From an uncultured Bacillota bacterium (GTDB lineage Bacteria > Bacillota > Clostridia > Lachnospirales > Lachnospiraceae), in contig CATWQE010000005.1 of the NCBI GenBank assembly GCA_958352855.1, positions 25,785-89,784 on the forward strand: a stretch of 64,000 nt of DNA, read 5' to 3'. This document shows, one piece after another, positions 18,050-26,590 of the stretch. Positions within the stretch are counted from its first letter, which is position 1, and every line of letters begins with the position of its first letter. Under the pieces are notes generated by a model. That model saw only the letters and a program-made list of their open reading frames with translations. It had not been told where the DNA came from and made no database searches. The position numbers were made by a program, and so were the translations under genes.

Positions 18050-18100
18050 AAAAGAACAACAGGAGCGGGAGAAAATCCCGGCTTCTGTTGTTCTTTTTTT
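18050..18100. terminator. Bidirectional terminator between convergent genes
   Basis: AGAACAACAGG...CTGTTGTTCT stem with an A-tract upstream and a T-tract downstream. Confidence 0.65.
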
Positions 18101-18105
18101 ACTGC

Positions 18106-19461
18106 TTAAACACTAATCCATCCCATAGCTTCTGATACTGCAAAAATCAGAACCAGTACCAGACATACAGGAGCAATCCATTTTAACATAATGGTGTAGA
18201 ATTTTTTCATCTTAAAGGAACCATTCAATTCTACCTCGTCAGAAACAGTCTTAGGACCGACAAAGTGACCAATGCAGATGCAGGTCAGGATTGCCACAAC
18301 AGGCATCAGAACACTGTTGCTGATAAAGTCGAAGAAATCCAGAAGCCCCAGTCCCAGAATCTTGATAAAGCTCAGTGGTCCAAAACCAAGAGAAACAATA
18401 GCTCCCAGAATCAAAACATAAATTGTAATGATTACGGTTGCTTTTTTGCGGCTCCAGCCCAGCTTATCCCGGATAATTGAAACATTAGTTTCCATCAGGG
18501 AAATAGAAGAGGTCAGGGCTGCGAATAATACTAATAAGAAGAATACAGCGCCAATTACACCGCCAAGAGTCATATCGTTAAATACTTTTGGAAGGGTAAT
18601 AAACATTAAGGAAGGTCCTTTTCCAAGGGCTGCTTCGTCTCCGCCGGAGAATACGAATACAGAGGGAACAATCAGAAGACCAGCCAGGAAAGCAATAGCA
18701 GTATCGAAAATCTCAATCTGGCGTACAGAAGTTTCCAGATGACTGTCTTTCTTCATATAAGAACCATATGTAATCATAATACCCATGGCAAGGGACATGG
18801 AGTAGAACAACTGTCCCATGGCAGCCAATACGGTTGTGGCAGAAAATTTAGAAAAATCAGGAAGCAGATAATACTTCACGCCTTCAGCAGCTCCCGGTCT
18901 GGTAACGCAGAAGATGCAGATTCCCACGATTAATACTACCAGCAGCGGCATCATGAAACGGCTTGCCCGTTCAATCCCTTTTTCCACACCAAAGATTACA
19001 ATGACGGAAGTCAGCAGAATGAAAACTGTAAACCAGATTACAGGGGAAACAGATTCACTGGTAAATCCTGTGAAAAAATCGTCTCCGGCTGCAGCGCTTA
19101 CCTGTCCGGTTACAAATGTGACCAGGTATTTGATGACCCATCCGCCGATGACACAGTAGTAAGGGGTAATAATAAATGGAACCACACAAGCCAGAACGCC
19201 TACAAACCCAAAACGTTTATCCAGCTTTTTAAATGCGCCGATAGCGCTGACGCCGGTTTTTCGTCCAATAGCGATTTCTGTAATCATCAAAGTAAAACCA
19301 AAAGTAACGGCCAGTATTAAGTACACCAGCAGAAAAATGCCCCCGCCATATTTTGCTGCCAGATATGGAAATCTCCAGAGATTTCCAAGACCTACTGCAG
19401 AGCCGGCAGCAGCAAGGACAAAGCCCATTTTGCTTGAAAATGTTCCTCGTTTTTTGTCCAT
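18106..19461 (-). CDS. Sodium-dependent transporter, NSS (SNF) family
   Basis: N-terminal GLGNLWRFPY NSS signature. 12 TM helices, 451 aa. Confidence 0.9.
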   Translation of the reverse strand: MDKKRGTFSSKMGFVLAAAGSAVGLGNLWRFPYLAAKYGGGIFLLVYLILAVTFGFTLMITEIAIGRKTGVSAIGAFKKLDKRFGFVGVLACVVPFIITPYYCVIGGWVIKYLVTFVTGQVSAAAGDDFFTGFTSESVSPVIWFTVFILLTSVIVIFGVEKGIERASRFMMPLLVVLIVGICIFCVTRPGAAEGVKYYLLPDFSKFSATTVLAAMGQLFYSMSLAMGIMITYGSYMKKDSHLETSVRQIEIFDTAIAFLAGLLIVPSVFVFSGGDEAALGKGPSLMFITLPKVFNDMTLGGVIGAVFFLLVLFAALTSSISLMETNVSIIRDKLGWSRKKATVIITIYVLILGAIVSLGFGPLSFIKILGLGLLDFFDFISNSVLMPVVAILTCICIGHFVGPKTVSDEVELNGSFKMKKFYTIMLKWIAPVCLVLVLIFAVSEAMGWISV

Positions 19462-19622
19462 AACAATCTCCTTCTATGATGAATTTATTAGTTTCCCGTT
19501 TTGGAGTGGTATAATATTAACGCCCCAAATAGGATGCTTAGGATTCATTATGCCATTGAATATAAGAAAAAACAAGATTTTTCTTCATAAAAATAAAGAA
19601 AATATAAAAATTCTTAAATTAC

Positions 19623-19651
19623 TTGACGTGAGAAAGGGAATATGCTATAGT
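19623..19651 (+). promoter_or_regulatory. Promoter of the infC-rpmI-rplT operon
   Basis: TTGACG (19623-19628), 17-bp spacer ending in TGC (extended -10), TATAGT (19646-19651). Confidence 0.6.
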
Positions 19652-19887
19652 ATCAAGGTCTGAAGAAAAAGAAAGCAGAGTATCCACTCTCACCTTAGCA
19701 CAAGAGCGTGACTAATGGTTTATACGTAAATAATGAGGCGCACAGCGTTTTTTTATGGGATAACAGGTGGATAGTATTGCAGATTCTGCACAGACTATTC
19801 ACTTTTTTCTTTCTTTCTTCTTTAAACGATTGGGATGGCTTGAGGGCTTGGAACAAGTGGTTATCAATATTATGGAGGTGCACTACT

Positions 19888-20394
19888 ATTAGCGATTTAA
19901 TGATCAACGAACAAATCAGAGACAGAGAAGTACGTCTTATTGGCGCAAACGGGGAACAGCTTGGAATCATGTCCGCCAGAGATGCGCAGAAACATGCAAT
20001 GGAAGCAGGCTTGGATCTTGTAAAGATTGCTCCTACAGCAAAGCCGCCGGTTTGTAAAATAATTGACTATGGCAAGTATAAGTACGAATTAGCCAGAAAA
20101 GAAAAAGAAGCTAAAAAGAAACAGAAAACCATAGAAATTAAAGAAGTGCGTTTATCCCCGAATATTGAGGAAAACGATTTGAACACAAAGGTCAACAATG
20201 CCAGAAAGTTCCTTACCAAAGGAAATAAAGTCAAAGTCACCCTGCGTTTCAGGGGCAGAGAAATGGCACATATGCAGAGCAGCAAACATATCCTGGATAA
20301 GTTCGCTGAGATTCTGTCCGACATTGCGGTTGTGGAAAAAGCACCGAAGGTAGAAGGCAGAAGCATGACTATGTTTTTGACAGAAAAACGTTAA
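19888..20394 (+). CDS. infC: Translation initiation factor IF-3 (probable ATT start)
   Basis: IF-3 N- and C-terminal domains (EVRLIGANGEQLGIMS, KVKVTLRFRGREMAH). In-frame ATT at 19888 lies 7 nt after GGAGGTG. The first ATG (19900) is 19 nt from the RBS. A non-AUG start is the conserved autoregulatory feature of infC. Confidence 0.8.
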   Translation: MSDLMINEQIRDREVRLIGANGEQLGIMSARDAQKHAMEAGLDLVKIAPTAKPPVCKIIDYGKYKYELARKEKEAKKKQKTIEIKEVRLSPNIEENDLNTKVNNARKFLTKGNKVKVTLRFRGREMAHMQSSKHILDKFAEILSDIAVVEKAPKVEGRSMTMFLTEKR

Positions 20395-20424
20395 TAAGAA
20401 AAAGAGTTTAAGGAGGACATAAAC

Positions 20425-20622
20425 ATGCCAAAAATGAAAACAACAAAAGCCGCTGCAAAGCGCTTCAAAACAACAGGAACAGGTAAATTAAAAAGAAATA
20501 AAGCCTACAAAAGCCATATCTTAACAAAGAAATCTCAGAAGAGAAAGAGAAATCTTAGAAAAGCAGCTATGACAGACGCAACAAATGTAAAGAGCATCAA
20601 GAAAATTTTACCTTACATGTAA
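20425..20622 (+). CDS. rpmI: 50S ribosomal protein L35
   Basis: 65 aa, [25 protein letters not shown]. Confidence 0.95.
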   Translation: MPKMKTTKAAAKRFKTTGTGKLKRNKAYKSHILTKKSQKRKRNLRKAAMTDATNVKSIKKILPYM

Positions 20623-20679
20623 TTTGCTTGTAGGTAAAGGTGAAAGTCACAGAATTGTAATTATAGGAGGAAATTAAGA

Positions 20680-21036
20680 ATGGCAAGAATTAAAGGCGGT
20701 TTAAACGCTAAGAAAAAACACAATAGAGTATTAAAAATGGCAAAGGGCTACAGAGGCGCTCGTTCTAAACAGTACAGAGTAGCAAAACAGTCTGTAATGA
20801 GAGCTCTTACCAGCCAGTATGCAGGCAGAAAACAGAGAAAACGTCAGTTCAGACAGTTATGGATTGCTCGTATCAACGCTGCAGCAAGAATGAACGGTTT
20901 ATCCTACAGCAAATTTATGTACGGATTAAAACTGGCTAACGTTGACCTGAACAGAAAAGTATTAGCTGACATGGCAATCAACGATGCACAGGGATTCGCT
21001 ACATTAGCAGAGCTGGCAAAATCTAAATTAGCTTAA
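20680..21036 (+). CDS. rplT: 50S ribosomal protein L20
   Basis: 118 aa, [26 protein letters not shown]. Confidence 0.95.
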   Translation: MARIKGGLNAKKKHNRVLKMAKGYRGARSKQYRVAKQSVMRALTSQYAGRKQRKRQFRQLWIARINAAARMNGLSYSKFMYGLKLANVDLNRKVLADMAINDAQGFATLAELAKSKLA

Positions 21037-21046
21037 TGAAGTTTTG

Positions 21047-21084
21047 AAAAGAGACTATCGAATTATAAGATAGTCTCTTTTTTG
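21047..21084 (+). terminator. Rho-independent terminator after rplT
   Basis: AAGAGACTATC...GATAGTCTCTT followed by TTTTGG. Confidence 0.75.
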
Positions 21085-21088
21085 GTAG

Positions 21089-21117
21089 TTGAAATTTCCA
21101 TCAAAACCCAGTATAAT
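21089..21117 (+). promoter_or_regulatory. Promoter upstream of the flavodoxin/ferredoxin gene
   Basis: TTGAAA (21089-21094), 17-bp spacer, TATAAT (21112-21117). Confidence 0.55.
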
Positions 21118-21154
21118 TGTTTATTTATAAACAACAGAAAGGGGTAGCGTTATT

Positions 21155-21916
21155 ATGAGTGTATATGCCATTTATTTTAGCCCTACAAGAAGCACAGAAA
21201 AGATTGTAAAGATACTGGCCAGAGAATTTGGTAATTATGGGGAAATTGATTTAAGCAAACAAAGCTCAGGGGAAAACGTCAGAGCTTTTAAAGAAGAGGA
21301 TATTTGTATCTTTGGTGTGCCATCCTATGGCGGAAGAGTTCCGGCGCCAGCACTGGAGCGGATGAAGAAAATGAAGGGAAACCAAGCAACAGCAATTTTA
21401 GTTGCTGTGTATGGAAACCGGGCATATGAAGATACACTTTTAGAATTAAAGGAACAGGTAGAAGCCTGTGATTTCTTTGTGACAGGTGCAGTCTCCGCAG
21501 TGGCAGAGCATTCCATTATGCACCAGTTTGCAACAAAAAGGCCGGATAAAAAGGATAGACAGGAATTAAAAGAGTTTGCCATTAAGCTTGTAGAAAAAAT
21601 CAAAACAGGCCATGGAAAAGAAGAAATTACGGTACCTGGCAAGAAGCCATACCGCACCTATAAAGGAGTGCCTTTAAAGCCAAAGGCAAGTAAGCAATGT
21701 ACAGCATGTGGACTTTGCGCCCGCCTTTGTCCGGTAGGAGCTATCTCAGCAAAGGAGCTTCGAAAAACAGATAAGAGCAAATGTATTTCCTGTATGCGGT
21801 GTGTAGAGAATTGTCCGGTAAAGGCAAGAAAGGTCAGCAAATTAAAGGTAAAACTGACTTCTCTGAAAATGAAAAAAGCGTGTGCTGATCGAAAATCAAA
21901 CCAGTTATTTTTATAA
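21155..21916 (+). CDS. Flavodoxin-like domain fused to a 2x[4Fe-4S] ferredoxin domain (EFR1-family ferredoxin)
   Basis: N-terminal flavodoxin-like fold (VYAIYFSPTRSTEKI). C-terminal CTACGLCARLCP and CISCMRCVENCP cluster motifs. Confidence 0.7.
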   Translation: MSVYAIYFSPTRSTEKIVKILAREFGNYGEIDLSKQSSGENVRAFKEEDICIFGVPSYGGRVPAPALERMKKMKGNQATAILVAVYGNRAYEDTLLELKEQVEACDFFVTGAVSAVAEHSIMHQFATKRPDKKDRQELKEFAIKLVEKIKTGHGKEEITVPGKKPYRTYKGVPLKPKASKQCTACGLCARLCPVGAISAKELRKTDKSKCISCMRCVENCPVKARKVSKLKVKLTSLKMKKACADRKSNQLFL

Positions 21917-21934
21917 GAAAACGGAAATCAGAAC

Positions 21935-21985
21935 AGTCATGGTAGAAAAGGATGCCCTATCCAGAAAATACCATGACTTTTTCTT
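21935..21985 (+). terminator. Hairpin plus T-tract between the ferredoxin gene and rnfC (terminator or attenuator)
   Basis: AGTCATGGTA (21935-21944) pairs with TACCATGACT (21969-21978) around a 24-nt loop, then TTTTCTT. Confidence 0.4.
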
Positions 21986-22083
21986 ATATCTATGGAAAAA
22001 TAAACTTGCCAAAATAAGTACAATATGTTATTTTATTAAGGCATGTCAATTATTTAACGAAGAAAAGTGGAGGAAGACAGGGT

Positions 22084-23469
22084 ATGTGGAAAAAGAAAAC
22101 AAGTAAATTTCCCGGCGGAATTCATCCCACAGATGGTTATGATAAACTCATGACCATGAACCTGCCTGTTCAGGAATATTGGCCAAAGACTGTAACCATT
22201 TTGTCAGAACAGTCTTTTGGAGGAAGATGCAGACTTTTGGTCAAACCCAAGGATAAGGTAAAAGCAGGGGATTTGATTGGAACTGCAGAAGCCTTTATGG
22301 CAGCGCCTCTTCACGCAAGTGTAACAGGAGAAGTCCTGGAGGTGAAGGAAGTGATGAATCAGGGAAGAAAGATTCTGGCCTGTATTGTAGAGCGGGATGA
22401 AAACCAGGAATCTGCTGATACTAAGAAGGCCTATGAAACAGAGCTTGCGAACCTGGATGAGATTTCCAGAGAAGAGATTCTGGCAGGCATCCGGGATGGC
22501 GGTCTTACCGGTATGGGGGGCGCTGGATTTCCGACTCATAAGAAATATGAGACAGATAAGGAAATTACTACACTGCTGATTAATGGTGTGGAATGCGAAC
22601 CGTTTCTTACCTGTGATTACAGATTAATGATGGAGCAGAGCTTTGCATTGTTAAACGGTGCGGCCTTGTTATTTAAGGCATCTGGCGCAAAAGAAGCTGT
22701 CATTTGTATTGAAGATAATAAACCGGAGGCTATCCGTACCTTGAAGGAATTGCTGGCACAGTCAGGAAATATGCCGGATAAAAAAGGGTTTGCAAATATC
22801 CGGGTGGAAGAACTGCCTACCCAATATCCTCAGGGAGGAGAGCGCCAGCTTATTCAGGCAGTTGTGAAAAAAGAAGTACCGGCAGGGGGACTTCCGGCTG
22901 ACGTAGGAGTGATTGTTTCCAATATTGGAACAGCTAAAGCCGCTGCGGATATGATTCTGGGAGGAATTCCTCTGATACGGAGAAATGTCACAGTAACAGG
23001 CTGTGTAAAACAACCTGGCAACTATCTGGTTCCCATTGGGACTTCTGCAAAAGAATTAGTAGAGCTTTGCGGTGGCGTTACTGTAAAAGAGAACAGAATT
23101 ATTGCAGGGGGACCTATGACAGGACCTTGTGTGGCTTCTGACTGGAATGGAGAAGAAGAGTTATTTTATGTGACAAAAAACACTTCCGGCATTCTGGTGC
23201 TGCCAGACAGCAAGGAGGAGGAACAGCCTTGTATTCGCTGCTCAGGCTGCGCAAATGTGTGTCCGGCAGGATTGGTGCCTTATCAGATTGAATACGCCTT
23301 TTTAGAGGAAGATTATGATTTGTGCGAACAGCTTCATGCCAGTGAATGTATTGCCTGTGGATGCTGCTCTTATATCTGTCCGGCAAAAAGAGAACTTTCT
23401 GTGCGGACCAGAATGGCAAGAGACATGGTGAAACAGAGAATGCGTGAAAGGGCGGTGAAGAAAGCATGA
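22084..23469 (+). CDS. rnfC: Rnf/Nqr-type electron transport complex subunit C
   Basis: GGAGFPTHKKY NADH/FMN-binding motif. Two C-terminal 4Fe-4S motifs (CIRCSGCANVCP, CIACGCCSYICP). Confidence 0.85.
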   Translation: MWKKKTSKFPGGIHPTDGYDKLMTMNLPVQEYWPKTVTILSEQSFGGRCRLLVKPKDKVKAGDLIGTAEAFMAAPLHASVTGEVLEVKEVMNQGRKILACIVERDENQESADTKKAYETELANLDEISREEILAGIRDGGLTGMGGAGFPTHKKYETDKEITTLLINGVECEPFLTCDYRLMMEQSFALLNGAALLFKASGAKEAVICIEDNKPEAIRTLKELLAQSGNMPDKKGFANIRVEELPTQYPQGGERQLIQAVVKKEVPAGGLPADVGVIVSNIGTAKAAADMILGGIPLIRRNVTVTGCVKQPGNYLVPIGTSAKELVELCGGVTVKENRIIAGGPMTGPCVASDWNGEEELFYVTKNTSGILVLPDSKEEEQPCIRCSGCANVCPAGLVPYQIEYAFLEEDYDLCEQLHASECIACGCCSYICPAKRELSVRTRMARDMVKQRMRERAVKKA

Positions 23470-24434
23470 GTCAGACAAGAGTGATTAACGGACCTCATAT
23501 CCGTACAGAGCGCACAACCAGAAGCGTTATGATGAATGTGTCTATTTCCCTGGTTCCTGCCCTTCTTGGCGCGATTTACTTTTTTGGCATCAGGGCATTA
23601 TATCTGGCAGGGCTTTCCATTACGGTGTGTGTTCTTACAGAATTTTTCTGGCAGAAATTAACGAAAAAACAGGTAACAGCAGGAGATTTCAGCGCTGTGG
23701 TTACCGGACTTTTGCTGGTACTGAACATGCCGGTTACAGTTCCCATATGGACCCTGGTGGCAGCAGATGTATTCAGTATTCTGGTTGTAAAGCAGATGTT
23801 TGGTGGAATCGGAAATAACTTTGTCAATCCGGCATTGATGGGAAGACTTTTGACCATGGTTGCCTGGCCGGGGGCGGTGATGCAGTATGTGGCTCCAAGA
23901 ACCTTAGAAACAGATGCGGTGTCTGCGGCAACGGTTTTAGGCGCTGTGAAAACCGGTGGAGAGCAGGGCTACAGCTACCTGCAGATGTTTTTAGGAGAGA
24001 CACCGGGAGCTATGGGAGAGACCAGCAAACTGTTGTTGCTGGCAGGCTTTGCATATATGTGTTACAAGGGAATTGTCAATGCAGAAGCATGTCTTACCTA
24101 TATTGGAACTGTGGTAGTGCTGACCTTTGTTTTTGGCCCGGAAGGGCTTTTTACTGGAGATATTCTCCTGAATCTTTTCGGAGGCGGACTGATTATGGGC
24201 GGATGCTATATGTTATCTGACTATGCCTTTGTGTCCAGAAGAGGAAAGCTGCTTTATGCAGTGACAGCAGGTGTGATTACTGCGGCAATCCGAATTTTCA
24301 GTGTTTATCCGGAGGGAATCTGCTTTGGTATTTTAACAGCAAACTGTATGGCAGGAATGCTGTCCTTAGTGTATCAAAAGCATGTATACGGAGTTTCAGA
24401 AAAAAGAGGCTTAAATTGGAGGAAGAATCGATGA
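23466..24434 (+). CDS. rnfD: Rnf/Nqr-type electron transport complex subunit D
   Basis: Polytopic membrane protein with NqrB/RnfD-like N-terminus and flavinylation-type motif TDAVSAATVLG. ATGA start/stop overlap with rnfC. Confidence 0.85.
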   Translation: MSQTRVINGPHIRTERTTRSVMMNVSISLVPALLGAIYFFGIRALYLAGLSITVCVLTEFFWQKLTKKQVTAGDFSAVVTGLLLVLNMPVTVPIWTLVAADVFSILVVKQMFGGIGNNFVNPALMGRLLTMVAWPGAVMQYVAPRTLETDAVSAATVLGAVKTGGEQGYSYLQMFLGETPGAMGETSKLLLLAGFAYMCYKGIVNAEACLTYIGTVVVLTFVFGPEGLFTGDILLNLFGGGLIMGGCYMLSDYAFVSRRGKLLYAVTAGVITAAIRIFSVYPEGICFGILTANCMAGMLSLVYQKHVYGVSEKRGLNWRKNR

Positions 24435-25735
24435 AAAATAAAAATGTAAGAGGGCTTCTTGCCCTGGTTGTGGTGACAGCTCTTTCTTTTGGAGTGATTT
24501 TAGGCTCAAAGGCACTGGCGCAGGATACAGGAGCCGGAAATGGGTCAGGGGAAGCAAAGGTTCTGGAAGAACTGGATACCAAGGGCGCTGAAAATATTCA
24601 GAAAGCAGTAAAAACAGACAAGGGTTATGTGGTTACTGTAAAGAAAAAAGGCTATGCCAGCGATATTGTGATGAATGTTTCCTTTGATGAAAAAGGAGAA
24701 ACTGTGACAAAAGTAGAAGTCACAGAGCAGAATGAAACCGAAGGTCTGGGCGCTAAGATTGCAGATGCAGAGTTTTTAAGCCAGTTTGAAGGGGTAAAAG
24801 CTCCGGTGGTTCTGCCAGGCATGAAGCTGGAGGGAGACAGCCAGGAAGAAAACAGCACAGAGGAATTAAAGGATGCTGTTTTTGCAGACGGAACTTATGA
24901 AGCAAAAGGCGAACCAATGGATGGTTATACAGACCAGGTGAACATGACTGTAAAAGACGGAAAGATTACCGAAGTGGTATGGGAATCCGTAGGAGAAGAT
25001 GGAAGCAAGAAAAGCGTGCTGTCTGAAAGCGGAGAATATGTGATGACAGAAGACGGTCCAACCTGGAAGGAACAGGCAGAAGCCATGGCAGCAGCCTTAG
25101 TAGAGAACCAGTCACTGGATTTTGCAAAGCTGGATGAGCAGGGAAAAACCGATGCAGTATCAGGTGTGAGCATTTCCGTAGGCGGATTTGTAGATTTGGC
25201 CCAGCAGTGTATGAAAGAAGCTGCCGGCATTACAGAAACACCGGTTTTACAGGATGGAACCTATGAGGCAAAAGGTGAGCCGGCAGATGGTTATACAGAC
25301 CAGGTGAACATGACTGTAAAAGACGGAAAGATTACCGAAGTAGTATGGGAATCTGTAGGAGAAGACGGAAGCAAGAAAAGCGTACTGTCTGAAAATGGAG
25401 AGTATGTGATGACAGAAAACGGTCCAACCTGGAAGGAACAGGCAGAAGCCATGGCAGCAACTCTGGTAGAGAACCAGTCCTTAGATTTTGCGAAGCTCAA
25501 TGAACAGGGAAAAACCGATGCAGTATCAGGCGTTAGTATTTCTGTAGGTGGATTTGTAGATTTAGCGCAGCAGTGTCTGAATCAGGCTGCCGGAATCGAA
25601 GAAACAGAAGAAGAGGAAGCAGAAACACCGGCACAGGGAACACAGGTAGATGCAGTGTCCGGCGCTACCGTTTCTTCCACAGCAGCAGTAACAGGAATTA
25701 ATGATGCTTATGCATTTTTGCAGACAGTGAAATAA
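24431..25735 (+). CDS. rnfG: RnfG/NqrC-like FMN-binding subunit expanded by two nested FMN_bind-like domains
   Basis: Signal/anchor helix, then ETEGLGAKI (start of an FMN_bind domain). Two tandem repeats of about 120 aa each end in KTDAVSGVSISVGG. Canonical flavinylation motif VDAVSGATVSS appears only at the C-terminus. Start at 24431 behind GGAGGAAG, overlapping the rnfD stop (ATGA). Confidence 0.8.
   Translation: MKNKNVRGLLALVVVTALSFGVILGSKALAQDTGAGNGSGEAKVLEELDTKGAENIQKAVKTDKGYVVTVKKKGYASDIVMNVSFDEKGETVTKVEVTEQNETEGLGAKIADAEFLSQFEGVKAPVVLPGMKLEGDSQEENSTEELKDAVFADGTYEAKGEPMDGYTDQVNMTVKDGKITEVVWESVGEDGSKKSVLSESGEYVMTEDGPTWKEQAEAMAAALVENQSLDFAKLDEQGKTDAVSGVSISVGGFVDLAQQCMKEAAGITETPVLQDGTYEAKGEPADGYTDQVNMTVKDGKITEVVWESVGEDGSKKSVLSENGEYVMTENGPTWKEQAEAMAATLVENQSLDFAKLNEQGKTDAVSGVSISVGGFVDLAQQCLNQAAGIEETEEEEAETPAQGTQVDAVSGATVSSTAAVTGINDAYAFLQTVK
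24887..25610 (+). repeat. Tandem direct repeat, about 2 x 366 bp, inside rnfG
   Basis: Unit 1 begins GACGGAACTTATGAAGCAAAAGG at 24887 and unit 2 begins GATGGAACCTATGAGGCAAAAGG at 25253. The units are near-identical by eye, and the encoded 122-aa units differ at fewer than about ten residues. Confidence 0.9.
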
Positions 25736-25754
25736 GAAAAGCGGAGGATACGAT

Positions 25755-26525
25755 ATGAAGTTAAAATATCCGGCAGAAGCATTTGCTTTTGGGATCGTAC
25801 TGTTTTCTGCGGGAATGAAAGAGGCCTTTGCAGCAGGAATTCTGGTAATCCTGGCGACTGTTTTTGCAGAAGTTCTAAGAAATCTGTTAAAAGACTGGGT
25901 TCCTGAGTGGAGTCTGTATTTATGTGTTTGCATAGGGACCGTAGCTGTGTGTTCTTCTGTATTCCTGCTTGGATTTACTACTCTTGGAATTCCGGTTGAC
26001 AATACAGGAATGTGGATTATGACCTGTATTTTGGGACTTTTTGTGGTGAAACATGTGCTTACAGGAGCCATTGACGGAGAATATGGAGAGCTTTTCTGGG
26101 AATGTGCCATTGCCTGGGGATTCTGGGTTCTTCTGGCAGTTGCAAGAGAATTTTTCGGCGCGGGAACCATTTTCGGCAACAGCATTTATCAGGGCGAATT
26201 CCAGTCTAAGATTTTCCAGGATACCATGTTTGGTTTCCTTACCGCAGGTATGACCCTTGCCTTTACCAACGGAGTTCTGAAGAAAAAAAGTACCAATACA
26301 CACAGTCTCCTGTTGGTAATTCCTCTGGCAGTGTTTATGCGGCCCTTTACCATGGAAAGCTTCGGAGCCCTTTTAGGACAGATTTGGACCATTGCAGTTC
26401 CGGTTATCTTGTTTTTGTCCGTGAAAGTAACTTTGAAATTTGCTCGGACCAGCAGGGCGTATAAAGGCCTTCCGGTGGAAATGCTGGCAATGGGATTCAT
26501 TTATATGATTTTGAGTATTTATTAA
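25755..26525 (+). CDS. Divergent RnfA/RnfE/NqrDE-family-like membrane subunit (only one copy present)
   Basis: Six or more TM helices. Motif AREFFGAGTIFG resembles the REx(I/L)GxGTLFG motif of RnfE/NqrD. Lacks the GLCP and TNC motifs of typical RnfA/E, so the assignment is tentative. Confidence 0.45.
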   Translation: MKLKYPAEAFAFGIVLFSAGMKEAFAAGILVILATVFAEVLRNLLKDWVPEWSLYLCVCIGTVAVCSSVFLLGFTTLGIPVDNTGMWIMTCILGLFVVKHVLTGAIDGEYGELFWECAIAWGFWVLLAVAREFFGAGTIFGNSIYQGEFQSKIFQDTMFGFLTAGMTLAFTNGVLKKKSTNTHSLLLVIPLAVFMRPFTMESFGALLGQIWTIAVPVILFLSVKVTLKFARTSRAYKGLPVEMLAMGFIYMILSIY

Positions 26526-26530
26526 AAAAT

Positions 26531-26576
26531 ACCCCTGGCAAACCAGATGTAAAAAGGTTTGTCTGGGGTGTTTTTA
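26531..26576. terminator. Terminator between the Rnf-like cluster and the convergent reductase gene
   Basis: ACCCCTGGCAAACC...GGTTTGTCTGGGGTG then TTTTT. Confidence 0.55.
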
Positions 26577-26590
26577 TAAAGAGGGAGGAA

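Noticed and set aside
18265-19663. Chain of plus-strand ORFs (71-115 aa) opposite the NSS transporter
   Set aside because: They are antisense to a strongly supported 12-TM transporter gene. Their Arg/Pro/Thr-rich composition is typical of out-of-frame translation.
24925-25500. Two minus-strand ORFs (101 and 69 aa) with near-identical C-termini
   Set aside because: They are mirror-frame images of the tandem duplication inside rnfG. Their similarity is explained by the plus-strand repeat, not by independent genes.
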